64,000 nucleotides of DNA from Patescibacteria group bacterium UBA926 (lineage in GTDB: Bacteria; Patescibacteriota; Doudnabacteria; UBA920), in assembly GCA_002293685.1 (NCBI GenBank), contig DBDS01000006.1, positions 108,867-172,866 of the forward strand, given 5' to 3'. Positions 10,535 to 18,669 of this stretch are shown here, one piece after another (within the stretch, counting starts at the first letter, position 1; the number at the start of each line of letters is the position of its first letter). A program made the translations under genes and the position numbers. Below the pieces are notes generated by a model that worked only from the letters and a program-made list of their open reading frames with translations, had not been told where the DNA came from and made no database searches.

Positions 10535-10941
10535 CCATAGCGAACACAAACCAAAAGCCTAATGGCATGAGTTATGGACGAGGGGCTAGGGATTTTGAAT
10601 ACCAGCAAAAGCGGTTGTTGAACCTGAGAATGACAAACAGTATTGGCAGGTTTTTAACAGACAAGGCTAAAGAGCTTTTGACAGACAGGCAAATTAAAAT
10701 GCTTACCCGCGGAACCGCCCAAATTGCCAAGTGCAAAGAATGTGGCTTTAGCTTTATTGCCATGCGTGGGCAAGTGATTAGGTATAGGGGCTTGCAAAAC
10801 ATGGTTTGCTGGGCGTGCATACATAACCAGCCTAAGACCAAAACCTACAAGCGGTTATCTGACTTGTTGGGGCAAATCAAGCAAGCCGTGGTTGACGAGC
10901 AAAACAAGGCAGAGGGCATTGTTGAAACTGATAACGAATAA
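10522..10941 (+). CDS. zinc-ribbon protein
   Basis: CKECGF...CWAC motif. Start uncertain: ATG at 10522 or 10567; the ORF-track start at 10495 is TTG. Confidence 0.4.
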   Translation: MGWITIANTNQKPNGMSYGRGARDFEYQQKRLLNLRMTNSIGRFLTDKAKELLTDRQIKMLTRGTAQIAKCKECGFSFIAMRGQVIRYRGLQNMVCWACIHNQPKTKTYKRLSDLLGQIKQAVVDEQNKAEGIVETDNE

Positions 10942-10945
10942 AGCT

Positions 10946-11155
10946 ATGGGTATTTTAGACACAGTGGAAAAACTTAATAAGAACCCATTACAGCCTGAAA
11001 ACCAGCCCCGCAAAAACTGCGTGGTTGACCAAAGCGAAGTAAACGCCATTTTAGACAAAATGGACAGTAGCCGAGAGAACCGCATTAAATACCGAGAGCG
11101 ATTTATGCGCTACAGGGTAGACCACACAGACCGCATTGAGGACGGGGAATACTAA
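10946..11155 (+). CDS. hypothetical protein
   Basis: ATG right after the previous stop; 69 aa. Confidence 0.3.
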   Translation: MGILDTVEKLNKNPLQPENQPRKNCVVDQSEVNAILDKMDSSRENRIKYRERFMRYRVDHTDRIEDGEY

Positions 11156-11309
11156 TTAAGAAAAAAGAAATGAACATATTAACAAAAATTGTGAACCTGC
11201 TGACTGGTCAATGCAACTGCACTTGCCACAATTACGGCTACCGTAGCTGTAGCTGGTGCAAACTTGGGGGCAAGGTATGGTGGTAATTAAATAATTAAGG
11301 CATAAACCA

Positions 11310-11609
11310 ATGAGAAAAACAAAGAAAAGAACAACCCCAAAATTACGCTTTGCCTGCTGGAAAAGTGGCTGTAATGCTAGATTTAAAAGTTATCAAGCCC
11401 GCGACGCGCACATACCAATTGCCCACCCTGAACCACCGCGCCCAAAGCGTACTGAAACCCAGCGCTTGCAAGGTGGTAGTGATATGCGGGTTGGCAAGAA
11501 AGTAAAGTTTATACAAACAGGCACTATAAAAAAACTAACTCATTTTTTAAACAGCGATACGGTAGAGGTTGATGTAGATATTTATACCGATAGCTGGGAA
11601 AGGCTTTAA
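11310..11609 (+). CDS. hypothetical protein with C2H2-like zinc finger
   Basis: CWKSGCNARFKSYQARDAHIPIAH = C-x4-C-x12-H-x4-H. Confidence 0.4.
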   Translation: MRKTKKRTTPKLRFACWKSGCNARFKSYQARDAHIPIAHPEPPRPKRTETQRLQGGSDMRVGKKVKFIQTGTIKKLTHFLNSDTVEVDVDIYTDSWERL

Positions 11610-11612
11610 ACC

Positions 11613-11966
11613 ATGGCACAGCTACAATTAGCCTTTGATAAGGCAGCGGAAAATAAGAACCGCAAGACCATTTTAAAAATTAACCTGAAAGATATTTTAG
11701 AGCAGGATAGCGCCTACACCCAAGTGCAGGAACAGCTAGCTGCTTTAGGCGAAAAGCGCAAGCAGATTTTGCAAAGCATTAGCGACGCATACCCTGAGTT
11801 GTTTAATGAACTAGCAGAATTGGCTGCGGCTGAGAAAAACGACAAAGAATTGTTGACTGATTTGGCGGTTAACAGCCTAGCTAGTGGCGAACCGATAGAG
11901 GTTAAAGACCATGACGGCAACCCATTGGAACCAGTATTTAGCGTTAAATTTAAGAAAGTAAAATAA
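11613..11966 (+). CDS. hypothetical protein
   Basis: 117-aa ORF, tight spacing. Confidence 0.4.
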   Translation: MAQLQLAFDKAAENKNRKTILKINLKDILEQDSAYTQVQEQLAALGEKRKQILQSISDAYPELFNELAELAAAEKNDKELLTDLAVNSLASGEPIEVKDHDGNPLEPVFSVKFKKVK

Positions 11967-11967
11967 T

Positions 11968-12324
11968 ATGCAATTTACACATTATGAATTTGCCCATATA
12001 AAAAAGGCAGATAAAGAATTTAAGGAAAAACTGCAACCTTACATTGACGCCATTGCAGTGTTGGTTGAGCAGTACAGCAGCAAGAATACTGCCTATTTCC
12101 CGCCAGTAGAAATTGTTAACGATTTTAAAGACCGCCTGTGCATAGAAATGGCGGGCACTGGCAGTGAGGATTTTCATACCCTGCGACAAAAGCCGTTGAT
12201 TGCTTACGCCATTGAGAAAAGCACCAAAATACTTATGGAACTGGACGAACCGAAAGTTACCTTGGCTGAGGTAAAGGTAAAGGGTGGCAAAATCAAGGTG
12301 CGAGGCAGAATAAAGGAAGTATAA
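11968..12324 (+). CDS. hypothetical protein
   Basis: 118-aa ORF, tight spacing. Confidence 0.4.
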   Translation: MQFTHYEFAHIKKADKEFKEKLQPYIDAIAVLVEQYSSKNTAYFPPVEIVNDFKDRLCIEMAGTGSEDFHTLRQKPLIAYAIEKSTKILMELDEPKVTLAEVKVKGGKIKVRGRIKEV

Positions 12325-12326
12325 GC

Positions 12327-12860
12327 ATGACCATTAAATTTGTAATAGCGGGCAATCCCTTTGACCCAAAGGGCAACCCAGTGCCTTACACCCGAACCAC
12401 CCAAGGCACCAAGCATACTGAGCGTTACCAGCGTTATGTTAGGTGGGTTAGCTATGTGCAGCAACATTTTTGCGCACAGAACCCTGACGCCACTGGCATG
12501 GGCAAATACACGCTAAATATATTTAGACACAAAAAGCCCATACTGCTTGCCCCCGAATTATGCGCCCGTGTGGATATTAAGATACAATGGGCAAATAAAA
12601 AGGGTGGCGACGGCGACAATGTGCTAAAGGGAATACTGGACGCGCTTTTTGTGCAAGACAAATGGGTTAGCGGCAGTTACGACTGGGCAATAGACGCGGA
12701 ACACGGCGGGGCTGTTGAGGTTAAAATAACCTTTATGCACATGGACACTGGCGAGCCTGTGGCATTAAATGAGCTAACCGACTTGAGCGTTAAGTGCGTA
12801 GCCCATAGCAACGAACTGGTGCGGAAAATGGCAGAGAAAAAACTAAAGATTAAACTATAA
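12327..12860 (+). CDS. rusA: Holliday-junction resolvase, RusA family
   Basis: GDGDNVLKGILDALF matches the RusA catalytic Asp cluster. Size and phage context fit. Confidence 0.65.
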   Translation: MTIKFVIAGNPFDPKGNPVPYTRTTQGTKHTERYQRYVRWVSYVQQHFCAQNPDATGMGKYTLNIFRHKKPILLAPELCARVDIKIQWANKKGGDGDNVLKGILDALFVQDKWVSGSYDWAIDAEHGGAVEVKITFMHMDTGEPVALNELTDLSVKCVAHSNELVRKMAEKKLKIKL

Positions 12861-12864
12861 AAAT

Positions 12865-13143
12865 ATGAGTGAATTACCAACATACGCGGGCGAGAAAGTT
12901 ATTACTGGTTACGAGGTGGGCAACCTGAACTTTGCCGCCACCCTGATGTGCCTAGGCAAAAAGGTGTTGGGCGCCAAACCAAACCCTAAGCACCCCCACC
13001 TGAGCATTTTCATTTTTGAGCAGGACGACGAAATTAAGGGCTTGCACAAACCCTACACTAACGGGGCTTTGCTGGTAGAGCCACGGCTGTTTACCGAGAA
13101 TGTGCGAACGCTAAAGGACATTTCTAACAACCTAAGCGCCTAG
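12865..13143 (+). CDS. hypothetical protein
   Basis: 92-aa ORF. Confidence 0.35.
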   Translation: MSELPTYAGEKVITGYEVGNLNFAATLMCLGKKVLGAKPNPKHPHLSIFIFEQDDEIKGLHKPYTNGALLVEPRLFTENVRTLKDISNNLSA

Positions 13144-13146
13144 AGT

Positions 13147-13401
13147 ATGCAGCATAAGTGGAACCACGACCAGACAGCAGACGGCACCTATAACCCGCTG
13201 GTTTGCGACGGCATTTACGAGCCTGACGCCTCAGTTGGGCTGTGCGTGAAGTGCCGCAGGGCAGCAGACGCCCACGGCTTGCCAGTCAACGACCACACCA
13301 AGTGCATAATGACTTGCGAGGTGTGCGGGGAAAAGTGGCAGTGCAACAAGATATACCCTGACAATAAAGAGTGTGAGGGCAAAAAAGAAATTAACCAATA
13401 A
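13147..13401 (+). CDS. Cys-rich small protein
   Basis: 84 aa, about 9 Cys (CVKCRR, CEVCGEKWQC). Confidence 0.35.
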   Translation: MQHKWNHDQTADGTYNPLVCDGIYEPDASVGLCVKCRRAADAHGLPVNDHTKCIMTCEVCGEKWQCNKIYPDNKECEGKKEINQ

Positions 13402-13410
13402 CCAACAAAT

Positions 13411-13776
13411 ATGATTAAAGCTATTAGAAAGTTTTTATTTAAGCGCCAGTACCTAAGAGCAGTACAGCGTGAGATTTGGACTAATGACATTGAAATTGCC
13501 CACCAAACTAAGGGCATAGCCGATTTAGAGGCAGAGCAGGTTAAGCGCGAAACAGAGCGCGAGGCATTGCAGGCTGAATTTGACGAGCTGAGCAAGAGCC
13601 ACCAGCGGGCAGACCGCGACAAAGCCAAAGAGGTTGCAAAGCAACTGACCGATAAAAAGCAGGTTATTGGCAAGTACGAAATGAGCGCAGTACAGTTGCG
13701 CAAAAACATTGACAGCAAGAGCGCCAGCAACGAATACTTACACGGCAAAATCAAGTTTGTTAAAGAACAGTTTTAA
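13411..13776 (+). CDS. hypothetical coiled-coil protein
   Basis: 121 aa, charged heptad-like sequence. Confidence 0.35.
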   Translation: MIKAIRKFLFKRQYLRAVQREIWTNDIEIAHQTKGIADLEAEQVKRETEREALQAEFDELSKSHQRADRDKAKEVAKQLTDKKQVIGKYEMSAVQLRKNIDSKSASNEYLHGKIKFVKEQF

Positions 13777-13778
13777 AC

Positions 13779-14045
13779 ATGGCAAAGCCCAAAAATAAAA
13801 TCCAATTGCAGTTTTTGCATACCACCCCTGACGGGAAAGTGGACATAAAAGAGGTTGAGGCGCTTATTAGCGCTATGTTTGACGGTGTGCTGGTAACTTT
13901 TAACGACCACCTGCACCTGCCAGCTGACCAAACACTGCACCTTTTGACTGTGATTTTAAACCACACTATGGAATGGGCTAACGACAAACTTAAGGACGAT
14001 AAACTAAAAGCCATGTTTGGCGTAGAGGGTACCGACAATGCCTAG
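13779..14045 (+). CDS. hypothetical protein
   Basis: 88-aa ORF. Confidence 0.35.
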   Translation: MAKPKNKIQLQFLHTTPDGKVDIKEVEALISAMFDGVLVTFNDHLHLPADQTLHLLTVILNHTMEWANDKLKDDKLKAMFGVEGTDNA

Positions 14046-14580
14046 ACACAATAAAACCCGTGAGCGCATTTTAATGGAACGGGTACGGGCAATTTTGGCG
14101 TTTAACCCGACATTTAGCGCACGGCAAATATCCGACCAGCTGGAAAATGACCACCGCGACCCAATAAAACTGACCCCACAGTACATAATAAAACTGCGCG
14201 ATAAAATCAAAGCCCAGCGAAAACACAACATTAGCATAATTGCCGTTGAACAGCGCATTGCCCAAATGCAGGACACGGCAGCTGCGGTGGTAGAAAAAAT
14301 GGTTGAAATACTGCTAAGCCCCAGCAGCTTAGACAAAGACCGAGTAGCAGCAGGAAAACTGATACTTGAGGCTGACCGCAACTTATTCCAAGCTGAAATG
14401 GACGCAGGGATATTTGAACGCAACCTTGGCAGCCTTGCCTTAAAACACAAACTGGTGCTAGACCCTGACCGTAGGCAGGCTATTAGCCGAGCCATGCAGA
14501 ACTTGGGCGTAATAAAACCAACAATTGATGTACAACCAACCCTTACCGACAGCCCTACAGGAAATAACGCAGCAAATTGA
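14038..14580 (+). CDS. putative terminase small subunit
   Basis: 180-aa HTH-like protein immediately upstream of and overlapping the large terminase. Assignment is positional. Confidence 0.4.
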   Translation: MPRHNKTRERILMERVRAILAFNPTFSARQISDQLENDHRDPIKLTPQYIIKLRDKIKAQRKHNISIIAVEQRIAQMQDTAAAVVEKMVEILLSPSSLDKDRVAAGKLILEADRNLFQAEMDAGIFERNLGSLALKHKLVLDPDRRQAISRAMQNLGVIKPTIDVQPTLTDSPTGNNAAN

Positions 14581-16021
14581 CGACATAGCCGCGTTAACCC
14601 CTGAGCAGCTAGCCAACTTGATTGACGACCCAGAGATTAGGGTTATAGCCAGCGAAAGTAGCTTTGCTGTTTTTATGGCTGCCTATTTAAGCCATTACTG
14701 GAACCTGCCAGCGGCAGATTTTCACACTGAACTTATTGCGTTGCTTGAGGACTGGAAACAGGAATTGCTGGCAATCACAGGGTTTAGAGGCAGCGGCAAA
14801 TCTAGTATTGTGGCGTTGGCTTTTGTGATGTGGTGCGCACTGTTTGAAAAGGCGCATTTTATTATATTGGTTAACGAAACCGACGAGGTAGGAAAACTTA
14901 GCATTGCCAACATTAGAGAGGAACTGCAAAGCAACCCGCTTATTGAGCATGATTTTGGCACAGTAATATCTAGCGAGCAGGTTAGCACCAAGTTTAGCGA
15001 AACCAATGTTTTGCTTGCTAACGGGGTGCGTATTATGGCACGCAGCCGTGGGCAAAAAATCCGTGGGTTGAGGCACCGCCAGTACCGCCCTGACTTGGTA
15101 ATAATTGACGACTGCGAGGAAATAGACAAAGTGCAGAGCAAGATTTACCGCGACAAAACCGAACGCTGGATTAGGGGCGTGGTTATTCCTGCCATTGAGG
15201 AACTAAAAGCCCGCCTGATTATCATAGGCAACGAGCTGCACCGCGACGCACTTATGGCACGCTTGCGCAAAAAAGACAAGCCTGACGCCATGGGGCATAT
15301 TTTTACTAACCGCAGTTACCCGCTGGTTGACGACAAAGGGCAATGCAACTGGGTGGGCAAATACCCTGACAAGGCAGCGTTAGACCGCCAGCTTGCTAAA
15401 GTGGGGCGCCTTATCTGGCTGCGTGAATACCTGCTTAAAGTAATACCTGAGGACGAGCAGATTGTTAAAGACCATGAGATACACCGCTACACCGAACTGC
15501 CGAACTACATTACCGTGGTTGCCAGCGGTGTTGACTTGGCTATTAGCCAAAAGCAGACTGCCGACTATACCACCATGGTGGCTGGTTTGGGCAGCGTGAT
15601 TGAGGGCAAGCCAAAAATTTATGTACTGCCAAAGCCTATAAATGCTAGGCTTGGTTTTGCTCAGACCATAAGTACCATGAAAGCGCAGCAGGACGCTTTG
15701 CGGGCTTACGGCATGGCTATGTTTTATGTTGAGGCTCAAAGTTACCAAAAGGCAGCTATTGAGGTAGGCGAAATGCACATGTTGCCAATTACCCCGATTA
15801 CCAGCGTGGCTGACAAGCGGGCAAAGCTCATGGCTATTGCCCCATTTATACAAAATGGTACTGTGCTATTCCCTGAGGCTGGCTGTGAGGAATTGGTAGA
15901 CCAAATACTAGAATTTGGCGTAGCCGAGCATGACGACTTGCTGGACGGCTTAGTTAACCTTATTTACGGGATACTGCAAAACGGGGGCGTGCAGTTGCCT
16001 GAGGTAGTGATATTAGGATAA
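14525..16021 (+). CDS. terL: terminase large subunit
   Basis: Walker A FRGSGKSS, Walker B LVIIDDCEE, C-terminal nuclease region with HDDLLD. 498 aa. Confidence 0.85.
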   Translation: MMYNQPLPTALQEITQQIDDIAALTPEQLANLIDDPEIRVIASESSFAVFMAAYLSHYWNLPAADFHTELIALLEDWKQELLAITGFRGSGKSSIVALAFVMWCALFEKAHFIILVNETDEVGKLSIANIREELQSNPLIEHDFGTVISSEQVSTKFSETNVLLANGVRIMARSRGQKIRGLRHRQYRPDLVIIDDCEEIDKVQSKIYRDKTERWIRGVVIPAIEELKARLIIIGNELHRDALMARLRKKDKPDAMGHIFTNRSYPLVDDKGQCNWVGKYPDKAALDRQLAKVGRLIWLREYLLKVIPEDEQIVKDHEIHRYTELPNYITVVASGVDLAISQKQTADYTTMVAGLGSVIEGKPKIYVLPKPINARLGFAQTISTMKAQQDALRAYGMAMFYVEAQSYQKAAIEVGEMHMLPITPITSVADKRAKLMAIAPFIQNGTVLFPEAGCEELVDQILEFGVAEHDDLLDGLVNLIYGILQNGGVQLPEVVILG

Positions 16022-16028
16022 AAACAAA

Positions 16029-16241
16029 ATGGAAAACAACATTACACCACAAACTAGGGTAATGCGCGAACTACCACCCGAATGGCAACACCTTATGCAG
16101 CTGGTTGAAAAACTTGGCTATGGGGAAATACAGATAATTGTTAAAAACAAAAAACCCCATGCTATTAAGAACCTTGCCCAAAATATAAACCTTACCGAGC
16201 CTGAGGACTTTAGGCGTGGGCTGGAAACGCACATTTTGTAG
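16029..16241 (+). CDS. hypothetical protein
   Basis: 70-aa ORF between terL and the intergenic promoter region. Confidence 0.35.
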   Translation: MENNITPQTRVMRELPPEWQHLMQLVEKLGYGEIQIIVKNKKPHAIKNLAQNINLTEPEDFRRGLETHIL

Positions 16242-16260
16242 TTATGCACACTTTATGATA

Positions 16261-16289
16261 TTGCAATGATTTAAAAATTATGATATAAT
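16261..16289 (+). promoter_or_regulatory. sigma-70-like promoter (TTGCAA-17-TATAAT)
   Basis: Near-consensus hexamers with 17-nt spacer. Overlapped by a 9-bp direct repeat TTATGATAT (x2). Confidence 0.5.
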
Positions 16290-16295
16290 GAATGT

Positions 16296-16427
16296 ACTGA
16301 GGTGTGGCTGGGCAACCAGCCTGCCTAAACAAACTTTTACAATACGGGTTAGTAGCCTAAATTGACGAACAATAGGGCTTACGCAAATTACTCTTTAACA
16401 GGGTAGTGGGCGTAAGCCCTTTTTTTA
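16296..16427 (+). ncRNA. candidate small structured RNA between terminase and portal
   Basis: Promoter, then a GNRA hairpin (GGCTGG-GCAA-CCAGCC), then an 11-bp stem AGGGCTTACGC/GCGTAAGCCCT followed by T7. Confidence 0.3.
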
Positions 16428-16448
16428 TTGCCTAAGCCCTGAAACTAA

Positions 16449-18647
16449 ATGAACATTTTAGACAAAGCCCTTGGGGTTGTTGGACTGCTGCGCAAGAGCG
16501 CCAGCTACACTACCAACTTAACCACAGACGCGTTGAGCGTTTGGCTGAATGAAACCAAAGTTAGCGATAGCCGCGCTTTGGGTGTTTTTAATAACTGGGT
16601 TTATGCCTGTATCAAAGCTATTGCTGAGGAAATAGGGCGAACTCAGTTTATTTTAATGGAAGTAAAAAGCGACGGGGATAGCGCCAAGGACGAACACCCG
16701 CTGCTTGATTTATTAGCTGCCGTTAATACGCGACAAACTGGCTTTGAACTTTTATACACCATTGCCTGCCATTTAGAGGCTACTGGAAATGCCTATATTG
16801 TGCTTGACGGCGTGGAAAGCGAGGGGCAAACCCCTACCGCATTACACCTGCTGCCGCCTGACCGCGTGAAAATGAACATTGGCGCACTAGGCGTTGAGGA
16901 ATATGTATTTAGCAACGGCAACAGCACTAAGACATTTTACCCATACCAAATTTTACATATTAAATACCCAAACCCACGCGACCAGTACAAGGGTATTGGA
17001 ACCGTGCAGGCTATTGCCGACTGGATAGACGCAGACAACTACGCAACCGAATTTAACCGCAAATTCTTTAAGAACGGCGCCCACATTGGCGGTTTTCTTA
17101 AGAGTGATAGCGCATGGACTGCTGAACAACTGGAATACTTACAAAAATCTTTTGAGGGGATTTACAAAGGGGTTGATAACGCATATAAGACAGCAGCCTT
17201 GCCAAAGGGTACTGAGTTTACCCCTGCCCAACAGAGCCAAAAAGAAATGGACTTTACCGAGGGGCAGAGGCTTACACGCGACAAAATCCTTGCTGGGTTT
17301 AGAGTACCGCACATTGTGCTGGGGCTTGGCGCAGGCGAAAGCCTGAACCGCGCTACTGCTGACGCCGCACACTATGTATTTATGAGCCGCACAATCAAAC
17401 CGAAAATGCAGCTTATTTGTGATTACCTTAATGAGTTTTTGGTGCCATTGTTTGGCGAAAACATTTACTTAACTTTTGTAGACCCTGTACCCGATAACCG
17501 CGAGGGCTTAATGGCTGAAATGACGGCAGCAGTTGGCGGGCAACCTGTAATGAGCGTGAACGAGGCACGCGAACGATACTTTAACGCACCGCCAATACAG
17601 AACGGCGACGCGGTAATGACCAGCTTTAGCACCATACCGCTTGGAAAGCCTGAGGAAAAGGCGCACGCCGCAAAGCAGAAAACTGGCGGCGGTAAACCTA
17701 CCCACAGAAAGACCAAGCACGCAAGGGCTGCCACCAAGCGCAAGGAAATTGCAGAGGAACTGGCGGCAAAGACCGCAGAGGTGCTGGAAAAGCACAAAGA
17801 AAAACTGGCAAAGATTGCCACCAAGAGCATTACCGACTTAAGCCATGAGGAATACGACGCATTACATAAAAACTTTGTGGTACGGGTTGAGCCTTACGCT
17901 AAATTACTGGGTGCCAAAGTACGCCAGCATAATGACAATGTTTTTGCCGAAATAGAGGAAAGCCTAGCCGAGATTGTAAAAGCAGAAAAGCAGCCGCAGC
18001 TGTTTGACTTGGAAAAAGCCAATGAGGCACTTAAAAAACTGGCTGCGCCAGTGCTGAATGACTTGTTTAACAAAGAGGCTAATGCAGCGGCAAACCTGCT
18101 GGACGGCAAGGCAGTTAAAGAGATTACGCCCTTTAAAAAATCAGACGACGACGAACTGGACGACTACCTAACCCCTGAGGCACGCAAGGCGCTTGAAAAG
18201 TTTTACGGGCTATTTGCTGACCACTATAACAAGACCACCGCATTGCTACTTAAAGACACCATTGCTGAGGGGCTTGCAGAGGGGGAAAGCCTAAGCCAGC
18301 TGGTAGACCGAGTAAGCACTATTAGAGGTTTTAGCGACGAGGCGCGGGCTGAACTGGTAGCAAGGACTGAGAGCTTTAGAATAGCGAACTTTGCGACCCG
18401 CGAAAGCTGGAACCAAAGCGGGGTAGTAAAAAGCCTGAAATGGTATACAGCCGACAGCGAGGCATGCGCATTTTGCGACGAACTGGACGGCAAAATTGTG
18501 GACATTGAAGAAAACTTTTTAGAGCTAGGCGACACTTTGACAGCCAATAACGGGCAGAGCCTTGACATTAGTTACGCAGATGTAAGCGGTGGCGCACTAC
18601 ACCCAAACTGCCGTTGCTACATACGCCCTGAGGAAATAGAAGTTTAA
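16449..18647 (+). CDS. portal protein fused to MuF/SPP1-gp7-like head morphogenesis domain
   Basis: 732 aa. N-terminal ~400 aa portal-like. Basic K/A-rich linker. C-terminus carries the MuF motif HPNCRCY. Confidence 0.7.
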   Translation: MNILDKALGVVGLLRKSASYTTNLTTDALSVWLNETKVSDSRALGVFNNWVYACIKAIAEEIGRTQFILMEVKSDGDSAKDEHPLLDLLAAVNTRQTGFELLYTIACHLEATGNAYIVLDGVESEGQTPTALHLLPPDRVKMNIGALGVEEYVFSNGNSTKTFYPYQILHIKYPNPRDQYKGIGTVQAIADWIDADNYATEFNRKFFKNGAHIGGFLKSDSAWTAEQLEYLQKSFEGIYKGVDNAYKTAALPKGTEFTPAQQSQKEMDFTEGQRLTRDKILAGFRVPHIVLGLGAGESLNRATADAAHYVFMSRTIKPKMQLICDYLNEFLVPLFGENIYLTFVDPVPDNREGLMAEMTAAVGGQPVMSVNEARERYFNAPPIQNGDAVMTSFSTIPLGKPEEKAHAAKQKTGGGKPTHRKTKHARAATKRKEIAEELAAKTAEVLEKHKEKLAKIATKSITDLSHEEYDALHKNFVVRVEPYAKLLGAKVRQHNDNVFAEIEESLAEIVKAEKQPQLFDLEKANEALKKLAAPVLNDLFNKEANAAANLLDGKAVKEITPFKKSDDDELDDYLTPEARKALEKFYGLFADHYNKTTALLLKDTIAEGLAEGESLSQLVDRVSTIRGFSDEARAELVARTESFRIANFATRESWNQSGVVKSLKWYTADSEACAFCDELDGKIVDIEENFLELGDTLTANNGQSLDISYADVSGGALHPNCRCYIRPEEIEV

Positions 18648-18669
18648 AAAAATTAAGCAATTAACAATT

